From a virus, in the IMG/VR virus record IMGVR_UViG_3300005613_000046, positions 1 to 64,000 of that record: a DNA stretch of 64,000 nucleotides; one strand, given 5' to 3'. The first letter of the stretch is position 1, and each line of letters begins with the position of its first letter. Below the pieces are notes generated by a model. That model saw nothing but the letters and a program-made list of their open reading frames with translations. It was not told where the DNA came from and ran no database searches. Shown one piece after another: positions 37,341-46,191 of the stretch. The translations under genes were made by a program, and so were the position numbers.

Positions 37341-39068
37341 TTATTGAGTCTTTCTGTTGTAACCCATAAGTGATTGAATTCTATCAAACTCCTCATTTAA
37401 TTTAACATCTTTCTTTGTTTCTACAGACTCTTCTAATTTATTTAAAATACTTTGAGATGTTTTTTTACCACGTTTAGATTTTAATGATCCTCTTTCAGTA
37501 TGTTCACCTGCTTGATCAACAGGTTGTGGTTGTCTTTTATAAGACGCTTTTTGTTGTTCTTGACCGTAAAGATTATCTTTAAAGTTTTTATAGAATTTTT
37601 CACCTGTTTCGCTTGGAACAACATTACCTAATGCGTTTCCGTCTTTATCTACTTGAGCGTTTCCAGTTCTTGAGGAACCTTTCAATAAATCTTCGATCCA
37701 TTCGTCATTTGGTTTAATTTCATCATATACCAAATTAGTTTGTCCGGGATAAGAAAACGCATCCACATACTCGTCAACAGCATCAGATGGTGTGTATTTC
37801 TTTCTATTACCTTTTTTCATTCCACCATTTTCAGTTGGGAATTTTTTGGTTTCTTTCATCTCATATTTTGACCCATCATCAGACATACCTTTTAAATAGT
37901 CTGTCATTTTTTTAGCAACGCTTTTCAAATAATCGTCATTCTCTTTTTTGTCCGCCTTATGAGCTCTTTCGTATTCTCTATAACCTTTTGGTTCTGATTT
38001 ATTAAATTTTGTTTCTTCAACAACTATATTTTCAATAAGATCAATTAAGTCCGACTCAGTGTAAAGAATTGATTCTTTAACTTTAGCTTTACCCTTTCCT
38101 TTCCATCCTTGTTTCGCTCTTTTGGCAAAATATAATTGACTCATCTTGGTTCTATTTTTTTGTGGAACTTTTTTTCCGTCTTCCTTGAACTTGTCATTTT
38201 GTTTTTTCAATTTACTAATTGCTGAGTTTAACTCTTCAATTGACATGTCTGAATATTCACCAGTTTGTTCTACCTCGACATCTCCTTCCCATTTTTCATT
38301 TACTTGATATTTTTTTCCGTCAACTTCAAAGGTATCTTTTCCTTCTATCTCTCTGTCAAATTCAACTTCATAAAGTTGTTCAGTTTCATCTTGTTGTTTT
38401 CTTAACATTTTGAAGTCTTCTTTATCTATTCTTCCGTTTTTGTTTCTATCTAACTTATGTTGCTTACCGTATAATTTCTCATCTAATTCTTCTTCAGATA
38501 AATCTAATTCGAAATCAAATTCTTCATCATCACCTTCTTTTTTTGCTATTTCTTTCTCTCCACCACTTACAAGTTTATCTTGATATGCCCATAACTCATC
38601 TTCACTACCAAAATTACGCATTCTTTCATATTCATCATGTGAATACCAACTTTCATCTAATTCGAAATCATCATCTCTTTTATTTCTTTTTCTTGGTTTG
38701 TAATCCTCCTCATCATCTTCGTCTTCATCTTCCATTCCGTATAACAAGTCTTCCATTTGTTTTTTAGTTAACTTTGAAAGATTTTTGTCTCCAAACTTAG
38801 GATGAGAATCTTCCATACCTCCAAGCTCCATGACTTCCCCTTTTCCACCACATTGTTCACATGTTTCACCTTCTTTTATTTCACCACCACACTGTTCACA
38901 TGTTTCACCTTCATTCATTTCCTCTTCAACGTAATCAAATTCATTTTCAGGGTATAGTTCAGTTTCTTCATCGTAATTTAATTTTGTCATTAAAGAATCC
39001 GCCTTCTCTTGAAGACTTTCTCTAAGAATTTTTTTAAATCTTGATATTACAAATTGTTCTTTATTCAT
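37341..39068 (-). CDS. large charged protein, probable prohead core/scaffold-like
   Basis: EGETCEQCGG x2, EF-hand-like DRNKNGRIDKED, three tag-like motifs; TATTTAT at 39083-39089. Confidence 0.6.
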   Translation of the reverse strand: MNKEQFVISRFKKILRESLQEKADSLMTKLNYDEETELYPENEFDYVEEEMNEGETCEQCGGEIKEGETCEQCGGKGEVMELGGMEDSHPKFGDKNLSKLTKKQMEDLLYGMEDEDEDDEEDYKPRKRNKRDDDFELDESWYSHDEYERMRNFGSEDELWAYQDKLVSGGEKEIAKKEGDDEEFDFELDLSEEELDEKLYGKQHKLDRNKNGRIDKEDFKMLRKQQDETEQLYEVEFDREIEGKDTFEVDGKKYQVNEKWEGDVEVEQTGEYSDMSIEELNSAISKLKKQNDKFKEDGKKVPQKNRTKMSQLYFAKRAKQGWKGKGKAKVKESILYTESDLIDLIENIVVEETKFNKSEPKGYREYERAHKADKKENDDYLKSVAKKMTDYLKGMSDDGSKYEMKETKKFPTENGGMKKGNRKKYTPSDAVDEYVDAFSYPGQTNLVYDEIKPNDEWIEDLLKGSSRTGNAQVDKDGNALGNVVPSETGEKFYKNFKDNLYGQEQQKASYKRQPQPVDQAGEHTERGSLKSKRGKKTSQSILNKLEESVETKKDVKLNEEFDRIQSLMGYNRKTQ

Positions 39069-39092
39069 TTTTACTTTTTTTTATAAATATCT

Positions 39093-39851
39093 TTATCTTT
39101 TTGTTTTTCTGACTTCTTGGTATATTATTTCAGAAATAAACTCTTTATCCAAATTATAAGTTTTCGAGACACTTTCAATTGCGTTTTGAACTGATTGGTT
39201 TTCAAAAATTTTAAGTGCGTTTATGTCACCTTGATTACAATAAGGAAACTTCTTACACTTCTTTTTTACTTGAACAAACTTTCCACCTTTATATAGTGGT
39301 TTAGAATAACCTCTGAAATCTTTTTTATTTAAAGACTTTGCCCAAATTGCGGGTGATGAATATTGACCAGATGATGCCGATGTTGTTGCCTCTTTTGTTT
39401 CAACTTTTTTAACATCATCATCATCCAATTCCTCTCTAACTGTTTTCACTCCTTTAACAATATCCCCTTTTGTGGTTGAAAATAATGGTGCTGAGTATCC
39501 ACCAGCAGAAGCTGCTCCCATAGCCTCTTTAGACTCTTCTTTTTTTGTTGTTTTTGAATTTAGTATTGATTCCAAAAAATCATTTAGTTTTTCAGGTTCC
39601 TTTAAGAATTTTCTAAGTTTTTCTTTAATTTGGTTATTTGATAGTTTTTTATTTTTTATCGTTTTGTAAACATCAATAACATCTTCATCTTGTTTTAAAT
39701 ATCTTAAATAAGATGGTTTTTTTTTGTTTTCAGTTTCTTTAAACTCCTCTTTTGATTTTTCAATATTGGAAATGACATTTCTTCTTTGTTCAGGATTACC
39801 TGCCAATGAACTTGTAACTGCGTCAATTAAATTACTAGTAATATCTTTCAT
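39093..39851 (-). CDS. hypothetical protein, probably head-associated
   Basis: internal repeat KEAxxxASxGxYSxP x2; CKKFPYC. Confidence 0.7.
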   Translation of the reverse strand: MKDITSNLIDAVTSSLAGNPEQRRNVISNIEKSKEEFKETENKKKPSYLRYLKQDEDVIDVYKTIKNKKLSNNQIKEKLRKFLKEPEKLNDFLESILNSKTTKKEESKEAMGAASAGGYSAPLFSTTKGDIVKGVKTVREELDDDDVKKVETKEATTSASSGQYSSPAIWAKSLNKKDFRGYSKPLYKGGKFVQVKKKCKKFPYCNQGDINALKIFENQSVQNAIESVSKTYNLDKEFISEIIYQEVRKTKR

Positions 39852-40096
39852 TATACACTTCTAAATTTTTGTTCCCAAAATCCTCTTTGTTGATACATCA
39901 CGGTGAAATATTCTTGAAAAGATTTTAACACAATATCCTTCACGTCACCTTTTAATTTACCTTTTTTTATTTCTTGAGAAAGTTTATCTATTAATTTTTT
40001 TTCAAATTGTTTTGCGTTATTTGAATCAAAAAAATCTTTAATTTCTTTTCTAATCATTACTTCAATTTCTTTTTTATCTGTTTGTGTTAAAGCCAT
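39851..40096 (-). CDS. hypothetical protein
   Basis: 81-aa ORF. Confidence 0.7.
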   Translation of the reverse strand: MALTQTDKKEIEVMIRKEIKDFFDSNNAKQFEKKLIDKLSQEIKKGKLKGDVKDIVLKSFQEYFTVMYQQRGFWEQKFRSV

Positions 40097-40509
40097 TATT
40101 TTGTTATTGCTAAGTATGTTAATGGAACAATTATAATTGCCGATATTATATTATATAAACCATTTTTGGTTTTAAGTCTTTTGTTTTCTTTTTTTAAATC
40201 TTCATTTTCAGATTTATAAATGTCGATTGCTTTGTTTTTTTCAGAAATAATTTCCCGATTTAAATTATCTTCTTTCTCCCATGATTCATTTTCTTTTTTT
40301 AATAAATCAACTTTTTTACTTAATTGGTAGGTTTCTTCTTTATATGTTTTCGACACCTCTTGAAGTTTGTCGTAGTTGTTTAGATCAATAAGAATTTTTT
40401 TAGCAACAGAATATGGAATACACATTTCAGTTGTATCTGAATTAGTTTTTTGTGAAAATACCAATACATTCACAAATAAGACCATTAAAAATATTATGTT
40501 TTTTTTCAT
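40096..40509 (-). CDS. exported coiled-coil protein with C-terminal TM (spanin-like candidate)
   Basis: ATG 40509: signal MKKNIIFLMVLFVNVLVFSQ, coiled coil, terminal IISAIIIVPLTYLAI. Confidence 0.55.
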   Translation of the reverse strand: MKKNIIFLMVLFVNVLVFSQKTNSDTTEMCIPYSVAKKILIDLNNYDKLQEVSKTYKEETYQLSKKVDLLKKENESWEKEDNLNREIISEKNKAIDIYKSENEDLKKENKRLKTKNGLYNIISAIIIVPLTYLAITK

Positions 40510-40510
40510 A

Positions 40511-40864
40511 TTAAAAGTTATATCGTGTTTTAAATAAACTATCAATTTTTTTCTTGTCGGCACTTTTAATCTCGTCTTCTTTAATTGTATAATAATTATT
40601 TATTTCATTTCTTTGTAATCTAATTTTAGATATTTTACCGTCAATTTCCATAATTTGTGTTCTATAAACTTTAATAGAATCTTTTAAATCTTTTTGTAAT
40701 TTTTCAATATTTTTAACTTTTTCATCGATTTGGTCTAATTTATATTGATTCAACTCACTATGGTTCGGTGTTGGTGTAAAAACTCTAATTAATAAATAAA
40801 TAAAAATAACACCCAATATTGTTAGAGTAATTGTTTTCCAATTATATGTTAAAAAGTCTTTCAT
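40511..40864 (-). CDS. N-terminal TM plus coiled-coil protein (i-spanin-like candidate)
   Basis: ITLTILGVIFIYLLI followed by heptad-rich region; near amidase. Confidence 0.55.
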   Translation of the reverse strand: MKDFLTYNWKTITLTILGVIFIYLLIRVFTPTPNHSELNQYKLDQIDEKVKNIEKLQKDLKDSIKVYRTQIMEIDGKISKIRLQRNEINNYYTIKEDEIKSADKKKIDSLFKTRYNF

Positions 40865-41436
40865 TAATTTTCTAATCTTGAAGCAACTATTTTACTCCAT
40901 TTTGTTTTAAATTTTTCGTAAAATGACTGAAGTTTTGGGATCATCTCTAAATATTTCTCGTCCAATTTCATCATATCACCGTTTATGTATATTCCATTTG
41001 GTTCTTTAATTGTAAAGAAGAATTCTAAATCCAATTCTAAGATTTTACCTGACCATTCAACGTTGTCATGATAAACATTTAATTTATCAAACTCAGATAG
41101 CTCGGCAACATCATTTCTAAACTCATCAACACTTTCAACAAACGCATTTTTTTCATCAGTTGTTAGTTGAATGTCTGACTTAGATTTTCCGTGTAGAATA
41201 ATAAGATTTCCTTGAACTTTATATGCCTTTTGTTTGTCCTTTGGTTTTCCAATTTCATCCGAATCTTTTTTTGGTCCATTTTCATCTTCAGTTTCAAATT
41301 CAACTTTTTCAGTCATTTGTTCATTCAACAATCCATATTGTCTTCTAATTTGAGACTTAGAACTTTCATTAATGTTTTTAGATAAAGCTCTTCTTGAAGC
41401 TTCAATCAAATTTTTTATTTCTTCGTAATTACTCAT
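40864..41436 (-). CDS. hypothetical protein
   Basis: 190 aa; N-terminal YEEIKNLIE...LLNEQ tag-like segment. Confidence 0.7.
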   Translation of the reverse strand: MSNYEEIKNLIEASRRALSKNINESSKSQIRRQYGLLNEQMTEKVEFETEDENGPKKDSDEIGKPKDKQKAYKVQGNLIILHGKSKSDIQLTTDEKNAFVESVDEFRNDVAELSEFDKLNVYHDNVEWSGKILELDLEFFFTIKEPNGIYINGDMMKLDEKYLEMIPKLQSFYEKFKTKWSKIVASRLEN

Positions 41437-42022
41437 TTTCTAATAATTTATTAAATTTTTCAAAATCAAAAGCCGGACTGATGTCGGTGGCATATGAATC
41501 AAAATTAGATCTTGTTATAATACCCATAAAAGTTTCAATCCCTTTTATTTTGGTGTTATGTCCAACAAAATTCAAATTTATATTATGTTTCTTTGACAAT
41601 TCTTTACACAACTCACTAGTCTTTTCTAATTGTATGTCGGTATATGGTTGCCAAAAATAATAATCCCTCCACTTTCTATCTACTATCTTTTCTTTATAAA
41701 TATTACCAATCCAGTTTGAGTAATAATTTTTTAACGGAACTTTTTCTAACCACCCAAGATTTTCTAATGATATGATAATTGATTTATAGTTTAGTGTAAC
41801 ACTATTAAAATAATTACTATCAAGATTTTCTTCTAACAACTTTAAAATTTTTCCATCTCTACTCACAATATAATGTGGTAATCTTGGTGGTTTTCCTAAA
41901 AATCTATACCTTAAAGAGACCATATAATCGATCAATGTTCGTGATGTATGAACAAGAATTATTTGAGTTTTCTTGTCGACCTTTGAATAGTTTACCTCGA
42001 ACTTTTGCTCTATTACATTCAT
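41429..42022 (-). CDS. N-acetylmuramoyl-L-alanine amidase (Amidase_2), endolysin candidate
   Basis: IILVHT, PHYIVSRDG, SIIISLEN, YTDIQ, VGHN, DISPAF. Confidence 0.8.
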   Translation of the reverse strand: MNVIEQKFEVNYSKVDKKTQIILVHTSRTLIDYMVSLRYRFLGKPPRLPHYIVSRDGKILKLLEENLDSNYFNSVTLNYKSIIISLENLGWLEKVPLKNYYSNWIGNIYKEKIVDRKWRDYYFWQPYTDIQLEKTSELCKELSKKHNINLNFVGHNTKIKGIETFMGIITRSNFDSYATDISPAFDFEKFNKLLENE

Positions 42023-42025
42023 ATA

Positions 42026-43372
42026 TTACTTTTTATATGATAATACTCTTGTGTTTTCTTCTTCTTTAGATTCTTCTGGAGTGACTCTAACTTCAATTAT
42101 CTTTTCAACTTCTTTGATTACTTCAACAGGAACCTCAACGATCTTTTCAACCTCAACAATTCTATCAACAGGAACCTCAACGATCTTTTCAACCTCAACA
42201 ATTTTATCTACAGGAATGTGAATAATTTTTTCAACCTCAGTTGGGACTTCAACGATCTTTTCAACTTCTCTAATAACTTCAAAGGGAACTTCACGAACAA
42301 CTTCAACAACTCTATCAACAGGAACTTCACGAACTACTTCAACAACTCTATCTACAGGAACTTCAACTATTTTTTCAACTTCCACAATCTTTTCAACCTC
42401 AACGATTCTATCAACAGGAACCTCAACAATCTTCTCAACTTCCACAATTTTTTCAATAACTTCAGGTTCAACTTGTGGTGTATCGATGGGATAAAAATAA
42501 CTTTCAGGAACCTCAACTTCATCTTGAAACGGGTATTCTTCATATTCAGGTTTAATCTCGTCCTCTTCTTTTCTTCTGAAATGTTTGAATGCTTGGTTTG
42601 TTGAAATCACAAGGGCTATTGCCAAAGGATCGAAAACAAAAATCAAAGTTAGAATAAAGAAGTTTGCGGTTTTTTTAATTTCCCATCCTGTAATTTCACT
42701 TAGATATTTAATGGCTCCTAACTCACCAGTTTCAATTTCTTTTGACGAAATGTCCAAAATCTGAATATCCAAATTTGTAATACTATCATTTAACGCATCA
42801 ATTCTTGATGTAATAGTATCTCTATTTTGTTGAGCAATTTTTAATTGTGATTCAAAAGCTCTTCTATTTCCAGCATTTGCTCTTGTCACAACTTGACCTG
42901 ATTGTCTATCTACACTTTGTGTTGTTGTATTTGTTGAAAGGGCGTTTCTTAAACTTGTTATATCTTTATCTAACCCTTTCTTTTCTTTTTGATATTCTTT
43001 TTTGATTTCTTCAAATCTTCCTTTTTTTACCTCAATATTTTCAACTTTTTTATTGTTAATCTCAAGACCCGCAATACTTTTTTGAAACCCTGTCGCCAAA
43101 AGTCCGTAAATACCTATGGAAGTTAAAATCGATAATGTGACAAGTGCCAATGTTAGATATGTTTTTAACACACCATAAACTTTAGTCCAACTATCGTGAA
43201 GATAAGTGGCGATCGCCATTTTGGATATTTCTAAAAATGATCCCATTATAATCACAGGGATTGCAACTCCTGAAAATATGATTGAAAGTCCGTATACACT
43301 ATAATATGCCGCAGTTCCTGATAGTCCAAGTGCGCAGAACAATAAGAGCCATGGTAAAAATTTACTATTCAT
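42026..43372 (-). CDS. membrane coiled-coil protein with C-terminal EKIVEVPV repeats
   Basis: 3 N-terminal TM, coiled coil, FVFDPLAIAL, articulin-like tail; TATTTAT at 43385-43391. Confidence 0.75.
   Translation of the reverse strand: MNSKFLPWLLLFCALGLSGTAAYYSVYGLSIIFSGVAIPVIIMGSFLEISKMAIATYLHDSWTKVYGVLKTYLTLALVTLSILTSIGIYGLLATGFQKSIAGLEINNKKVENIEVKKGRFEEIKKEYQKEKKGLDKDITSLRNALSTNTTTQSVDRQSGQVVTRANAGNRRAFESQLKIAQQNRDTITSRIDALNDSITNLDIQILDISSKEIETGELGAIKYLSEITGWEIKKTANFFILTLIFVFDPLAIALVISTNQAFKHFRRKEEDEIKPEYEEYPFQDEVEVPESYFYPIDTPQVEPEVIEKIVEVEKIVEVPVDRIVEVEKIVEVEKIVEVPVDRVVEVVREVPVDRVVEVVREVPFEVIREVEKIVEVPTEVEKIIHIPVDKIVEVEKIVEVPVDRIVEVEKIVEVPVEVIKEVEKIIEVRVTPEESKEEENTRVLSYKK
42085..42462 (-). 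repeat. articulin/alveolin-like VEVPV coding repeats
   Basis: tandem (E/D)(K/R)(I/V)VEV(P/E)V units. Confidence 0.85.
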
Positions 43373-43496
43373 TGTTTTTATTTTATAAATATCAAAATAA
43401 TTAATTTGACATGAAATATAAACCCTATAAAGATAGAATTGGGGTTTACCTTGGTGAGTTCATTATTTAATAATTTTTTTAAGATATTTATTTTAT

Positions 43497-44120
43497 ATGA
43501 AAAATTTAATTAAAAATATTTTAAATGAATATTTTAATGAAAAAAATATAATATTACGTGAGATAAATTTACCTGATAGAATTTTTAATTTATTAATCAC
43601 AGAAGGAACTGCCACAGTAAAGATACCAGAAGGGTTGGAGTCTTCATTAAAAAAATACATTTCTAAAAAATTTAATTGGCCTCCCACTGTCGATTCAAAA
43701 TGGTGTAGTGATATAAAAGAAAAAATTAATAAAGATGGGAGACTAGTTAAATCTTGTAATAAAATATTCGAAATTGAATTGACTAATCATTGGTTAAAAA
43801 GACTTTTTAGAAAAAACGAACCTGAATACCAAAAAGGCGGAAAATTTCAAAATAAAAAATTTGAAAACCCAAAGAAAACCGAGGGTATTGATTTATTTTT
43901 CAATAGTTCCAAAAAAATAAATGATTTTATAGATAATTCTCATAATTGGCAAGTCAATGATTCAAAACTTATATTATTAACTGATTTAAGTAATAAGTAT
44001 CAAGTTATAATAGAGTTAAAAAAAGAAAAAAGATCAAATTATATTGCAAGGTTTATAACACAAATTAAGGGTGAAAAATTTTTCGATACACCAGAATTAA
44101 GAAAATCAATAAGATTATAA
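43497..44120 (+). CDS. N-terminally tagged basic protein
   Basis: MKNLIKNILNE tag; TATTTAT at 43485-43491. Confidence 0.7.
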   Translation: MKNLIKNILNEYFNEKNIILREINLPDRIFNLLITEGTATVKIPEGLESSLKKYISKKFNWPPTVDSKWCSDIKEKINKDGRLVKSCNKIFEIELTNHWLKRLFRKNEPEYQKGGKFQNKKFENPKKTEGIDLFFNSSKKINDFIDNSHNWQVNDSKLILLTDLSNKYQVIIELKKEKRSNYIARFITQIKGEKFFDTPELRKSIRL

Positions 44121-44146
44121 AAAAAGGGTGGATTTTACTCCACCCT
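44119..44146 (-). terminator. intrinsic terminator
   Basis: minus strand AGGGTGGA-GTAAAA-TCCACCCT followed by T6. Confidence 0.8.
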
Positions 44147-44322
44147 AATTGATTTCATATCGAGAAATCGGTCGTCCATTGGGCTGTGTATGGATAAGCC
44201 GGTGATCACCACATTTCTGTGTATTCAGTGAATGTCCCTCTTTTTCGATCACCATAACCCTACCTAAGCAGGATTATGAAACTTTTTTAATGGAAAGCCA
44301 CAAAACCAATTGTCTAATTCAA
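44119..44322 (-). ncRNA. candidate structured non-coding RNA
   Basis: own TATCTTTG box (44328-44335) and terminator; locally GC-enriched; closing stem and several G-U-containing hairpins; no ORF in track. Confidence 0.6.
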
Positions 44323-44327
44323 CACTA

Positions 44328-44335
44328 CAAAGATA
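44328..44335 (-). promoter_or_regulatory. TAnnTTTG promoter box
   Basis: TATCTTTGTAGTGT, same context as the promoter at 1998. Confidence 0.7.
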
Positions 44336-44365
44336 ATACAATTTTTTAAACCGCCAAAAATTATT

Positions 44366-45166
44366 TTATAAATAGTCAAATAATTCAGAAGAGTCGTTTC
44401 GTAGTCGACGAAGAGCCTTTTCTTTGATCTGACGAACTCTTTCTTTGGTTAGACCAAAGTCTGAACCAATGTCCTCCAAAGTTCGTGGTGTCCCACTTAA
44501 ACCAAAGTAATCGGCTACGATAACCTTCTCACGATCATCCAATACGTGTAAAAGTTTCATTAACTTATCTTTTAGAACATCTTTGGTGTCAAATACCGCA
44601 TCAGGTAATTCGGCATCCTTATTCTCAATCATATCAATCAAAGTATCACCATCTTCATTAATATTCATATCAAGATCTATTATTGAAGGTAGTGTTGAAA
44701 ACTTATCCTCAAGTTTTTTTCCTGATTGTTCCACCTCTTTTTTTGCCCTTTGTAGATCTTGAACTACATTGACCGGTAGACGAATTGTTCTTGCGTTATC
44801 ATTTAACGATTGAATGATTGATTGTTTGATCCACCATACACCATAAGAAATGAAACGTAAATCTTTGTTCCAATCAAAGTTTTTAATCGCCTTCATAAGT
44901 CCAAGGTTTCCTTCAGCAATAAGATCTGACATATCAAGTCCTTGATTTTGATATTGTTTTGCAACCGTAATAACAAAACGAAGATTTCCTTCAATAAGTT
45001 CCCTTTCTATTCTTTTTCGTTCAGATGTGGGAGTATCTTCTGACTTCATTTTTTTTGCCAGTTCTCGCTCTCGTTCTGCAGTCATTACCTTAATTTTTCT
45101 AATGTCTCTAAGGTAGTGTTGAAGTTCGTCTTGATTAATGTGTGCTCCTGTGTTTTTGTCTTTCAT
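44366..45166 (-). CDS. sigma-70 family RNA polymerase sigma factor (RpoD-like, no region 1.1)
   Basis: YLRDI, NLRFVITVAKQY, DLIAEGNLGLMKA, FISYGVWWIKQ, RTIRLP, TLEDIG...TKERVRQIKEKALRRLR. Confidence 0.93.
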   Translation of the reverse strand: MKDKNTGAHINQDELQHYLRDIRKIKVMTAERERELAKKMKSEDTPTSERKRIERELIEGNLRFVITVAKQYQNQGLDMSDLIAEGNLGLMKAIKNFDWNKDLRFISYGVWWIKQSIIQSLNDNARTIRLPVNVVQDLQRAKKEVEQSGKKLEDKFSTLPSIIDLDMNINEDGDTLIDMIENKDAELPDAVFDTKDVLKDKLMKLLHVLDDREKVIVADYFGLSGTPRTLEDIGSDFGLTKERVRQIKEKALRRLRNDSSELFDYL

Positions 45167-45175
45167 GTATTTGTA

Positions 45176-45700
45176 TTATAGTGATTTTGAGTATTCTTCT
45201 AACTTTTGTTTTTCTAATTCCGATAATGAGTCCATTCCTTCTTGACTGATCTTATCAAGTAATTCGTCAAGTGTCATATTACATACTTCATTTTTTTTAA
45301 TATTTAATATGAAATCCGCAATATCAAAAAACCCATCAGGATTTTTATTAAGATCAATTTTTGGTATTCTTAATTTTTTTTGTTTTGGTTTTGGCGTGGT
45401 ATTCTTTAACGATAATAAATCGTTTAGGTTGTCTTCGTCCAAATTTGAAACCGTTTTTGTTGGTTTTTTGGTTAAAAAATATTCAAACCCTCCCACTTCT
45501 TCATTAATAAAGAATAATACATCTTGGATATCCTCAATTGGTCCTTTAGCATCAAAATGAAAAATGGCGTGTTTTGGTCCATACAAGAACTTAACAGTTC
45601 CTGATGCCAAATTTTCTGAGATCATTGTTGCAATTTGTTGTGTTTTGTTTTCAGAGTCCTCAATCGTCTCGTCGTAATAAGAAAAAAGTAAGTAATTCAT
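45176..45700 (-). CDS. hypothetical protein with C-terminal DUF6576-like motif
   Basis: LDELLDKISQEGMDSLSELEKQKL; TATATTTG at 45722-45729. Confidence 0.65.
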   Translation of the reverse strand: MNYLLFSYYDETIEDSENKTQQIATMISENLASGTVKFLYGPKHAIFHFDAKGPIEDIQDVLFFINEEVGGFEYFLTKKPTKTVSNLDEDNLNDLLSLKNTTPKPKQKKLRIPKIDLNKNPDGFFDIADFILNIKKNEVCNMTLDELLDKISQEGMDSLSELEKQKLEEYSKSL

Positions 45701-45771
45701 GTGTGTTTTTTAATTGTTCTACAAATATACGAATAAAATTCAGTTTTGTTTCAACTGATTGACATTTTTTT

Positions 45772-46191
45772 TTACTCAAATGAGTAATCATATGTTAAAG
45801 CATCGTGACAAACAATATTCTTGTTTACGATCTCTAATATTTCAGGTGTCGGTTCAGGACCTGCCAGTCGTTTTCTACATTCAATAACATTATCTTCCAT
45901 AAGTTCAACACCATATGTGGTTCTAAGGGCCTGTTCTATAGAACATCCACTTCGTTCCATCTTTCTAATAACAACCTCAGATAAGAATTGTCCATCACCA
46001 CATGAGTTATCTAAGAATGTTTTATTTGGGTCTGAAAATAAAGTGGGATCACTTTCTTCTAACTTATCTAACATTTCTTGAACTAAGTGTTGTGGTGTAA
46101 AAACTTCTGCAGTTTGTTTTATACGAAGTTTGTCACGATCAACACCTGACATATATACTCTATTTCTAATATGTTGGGTGTAACTATTCAT
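45772..46191 (-). CDS. short methyltransferase-like protein (SAM-binding half only)
   Basis: AEVFTP, FLDNSCGDGQFL, YGVELMEDN, ends IVCHDAL before any NPPY; ATG at 46191. Confidence 0.75.
   Translation of the reverse strand: MNSYTQHIRNRVYMSGVDRDKLRIKQTAEVFTPQHLVQEMLDKLEESDPTLFSDPNKTFLDNSCGDGQFLSEVVIRKMERSGCSIEQALRTTYGVELMEDNVIECRKRLAGPEPTPEILEIVNKNIVCHDALTYDYSFE

Noticed and set aside
44147-44311. Assigning the ncRNA to tRNA, SRP RNA, tmRNA or a known ribozyme (hammerhead, twister, HDV-like)
   Set aside because: No T-loop/cloverleaf, SRP loop or complete ribozyme core could be matched by eye; left unassigned pending an Rfam scan.
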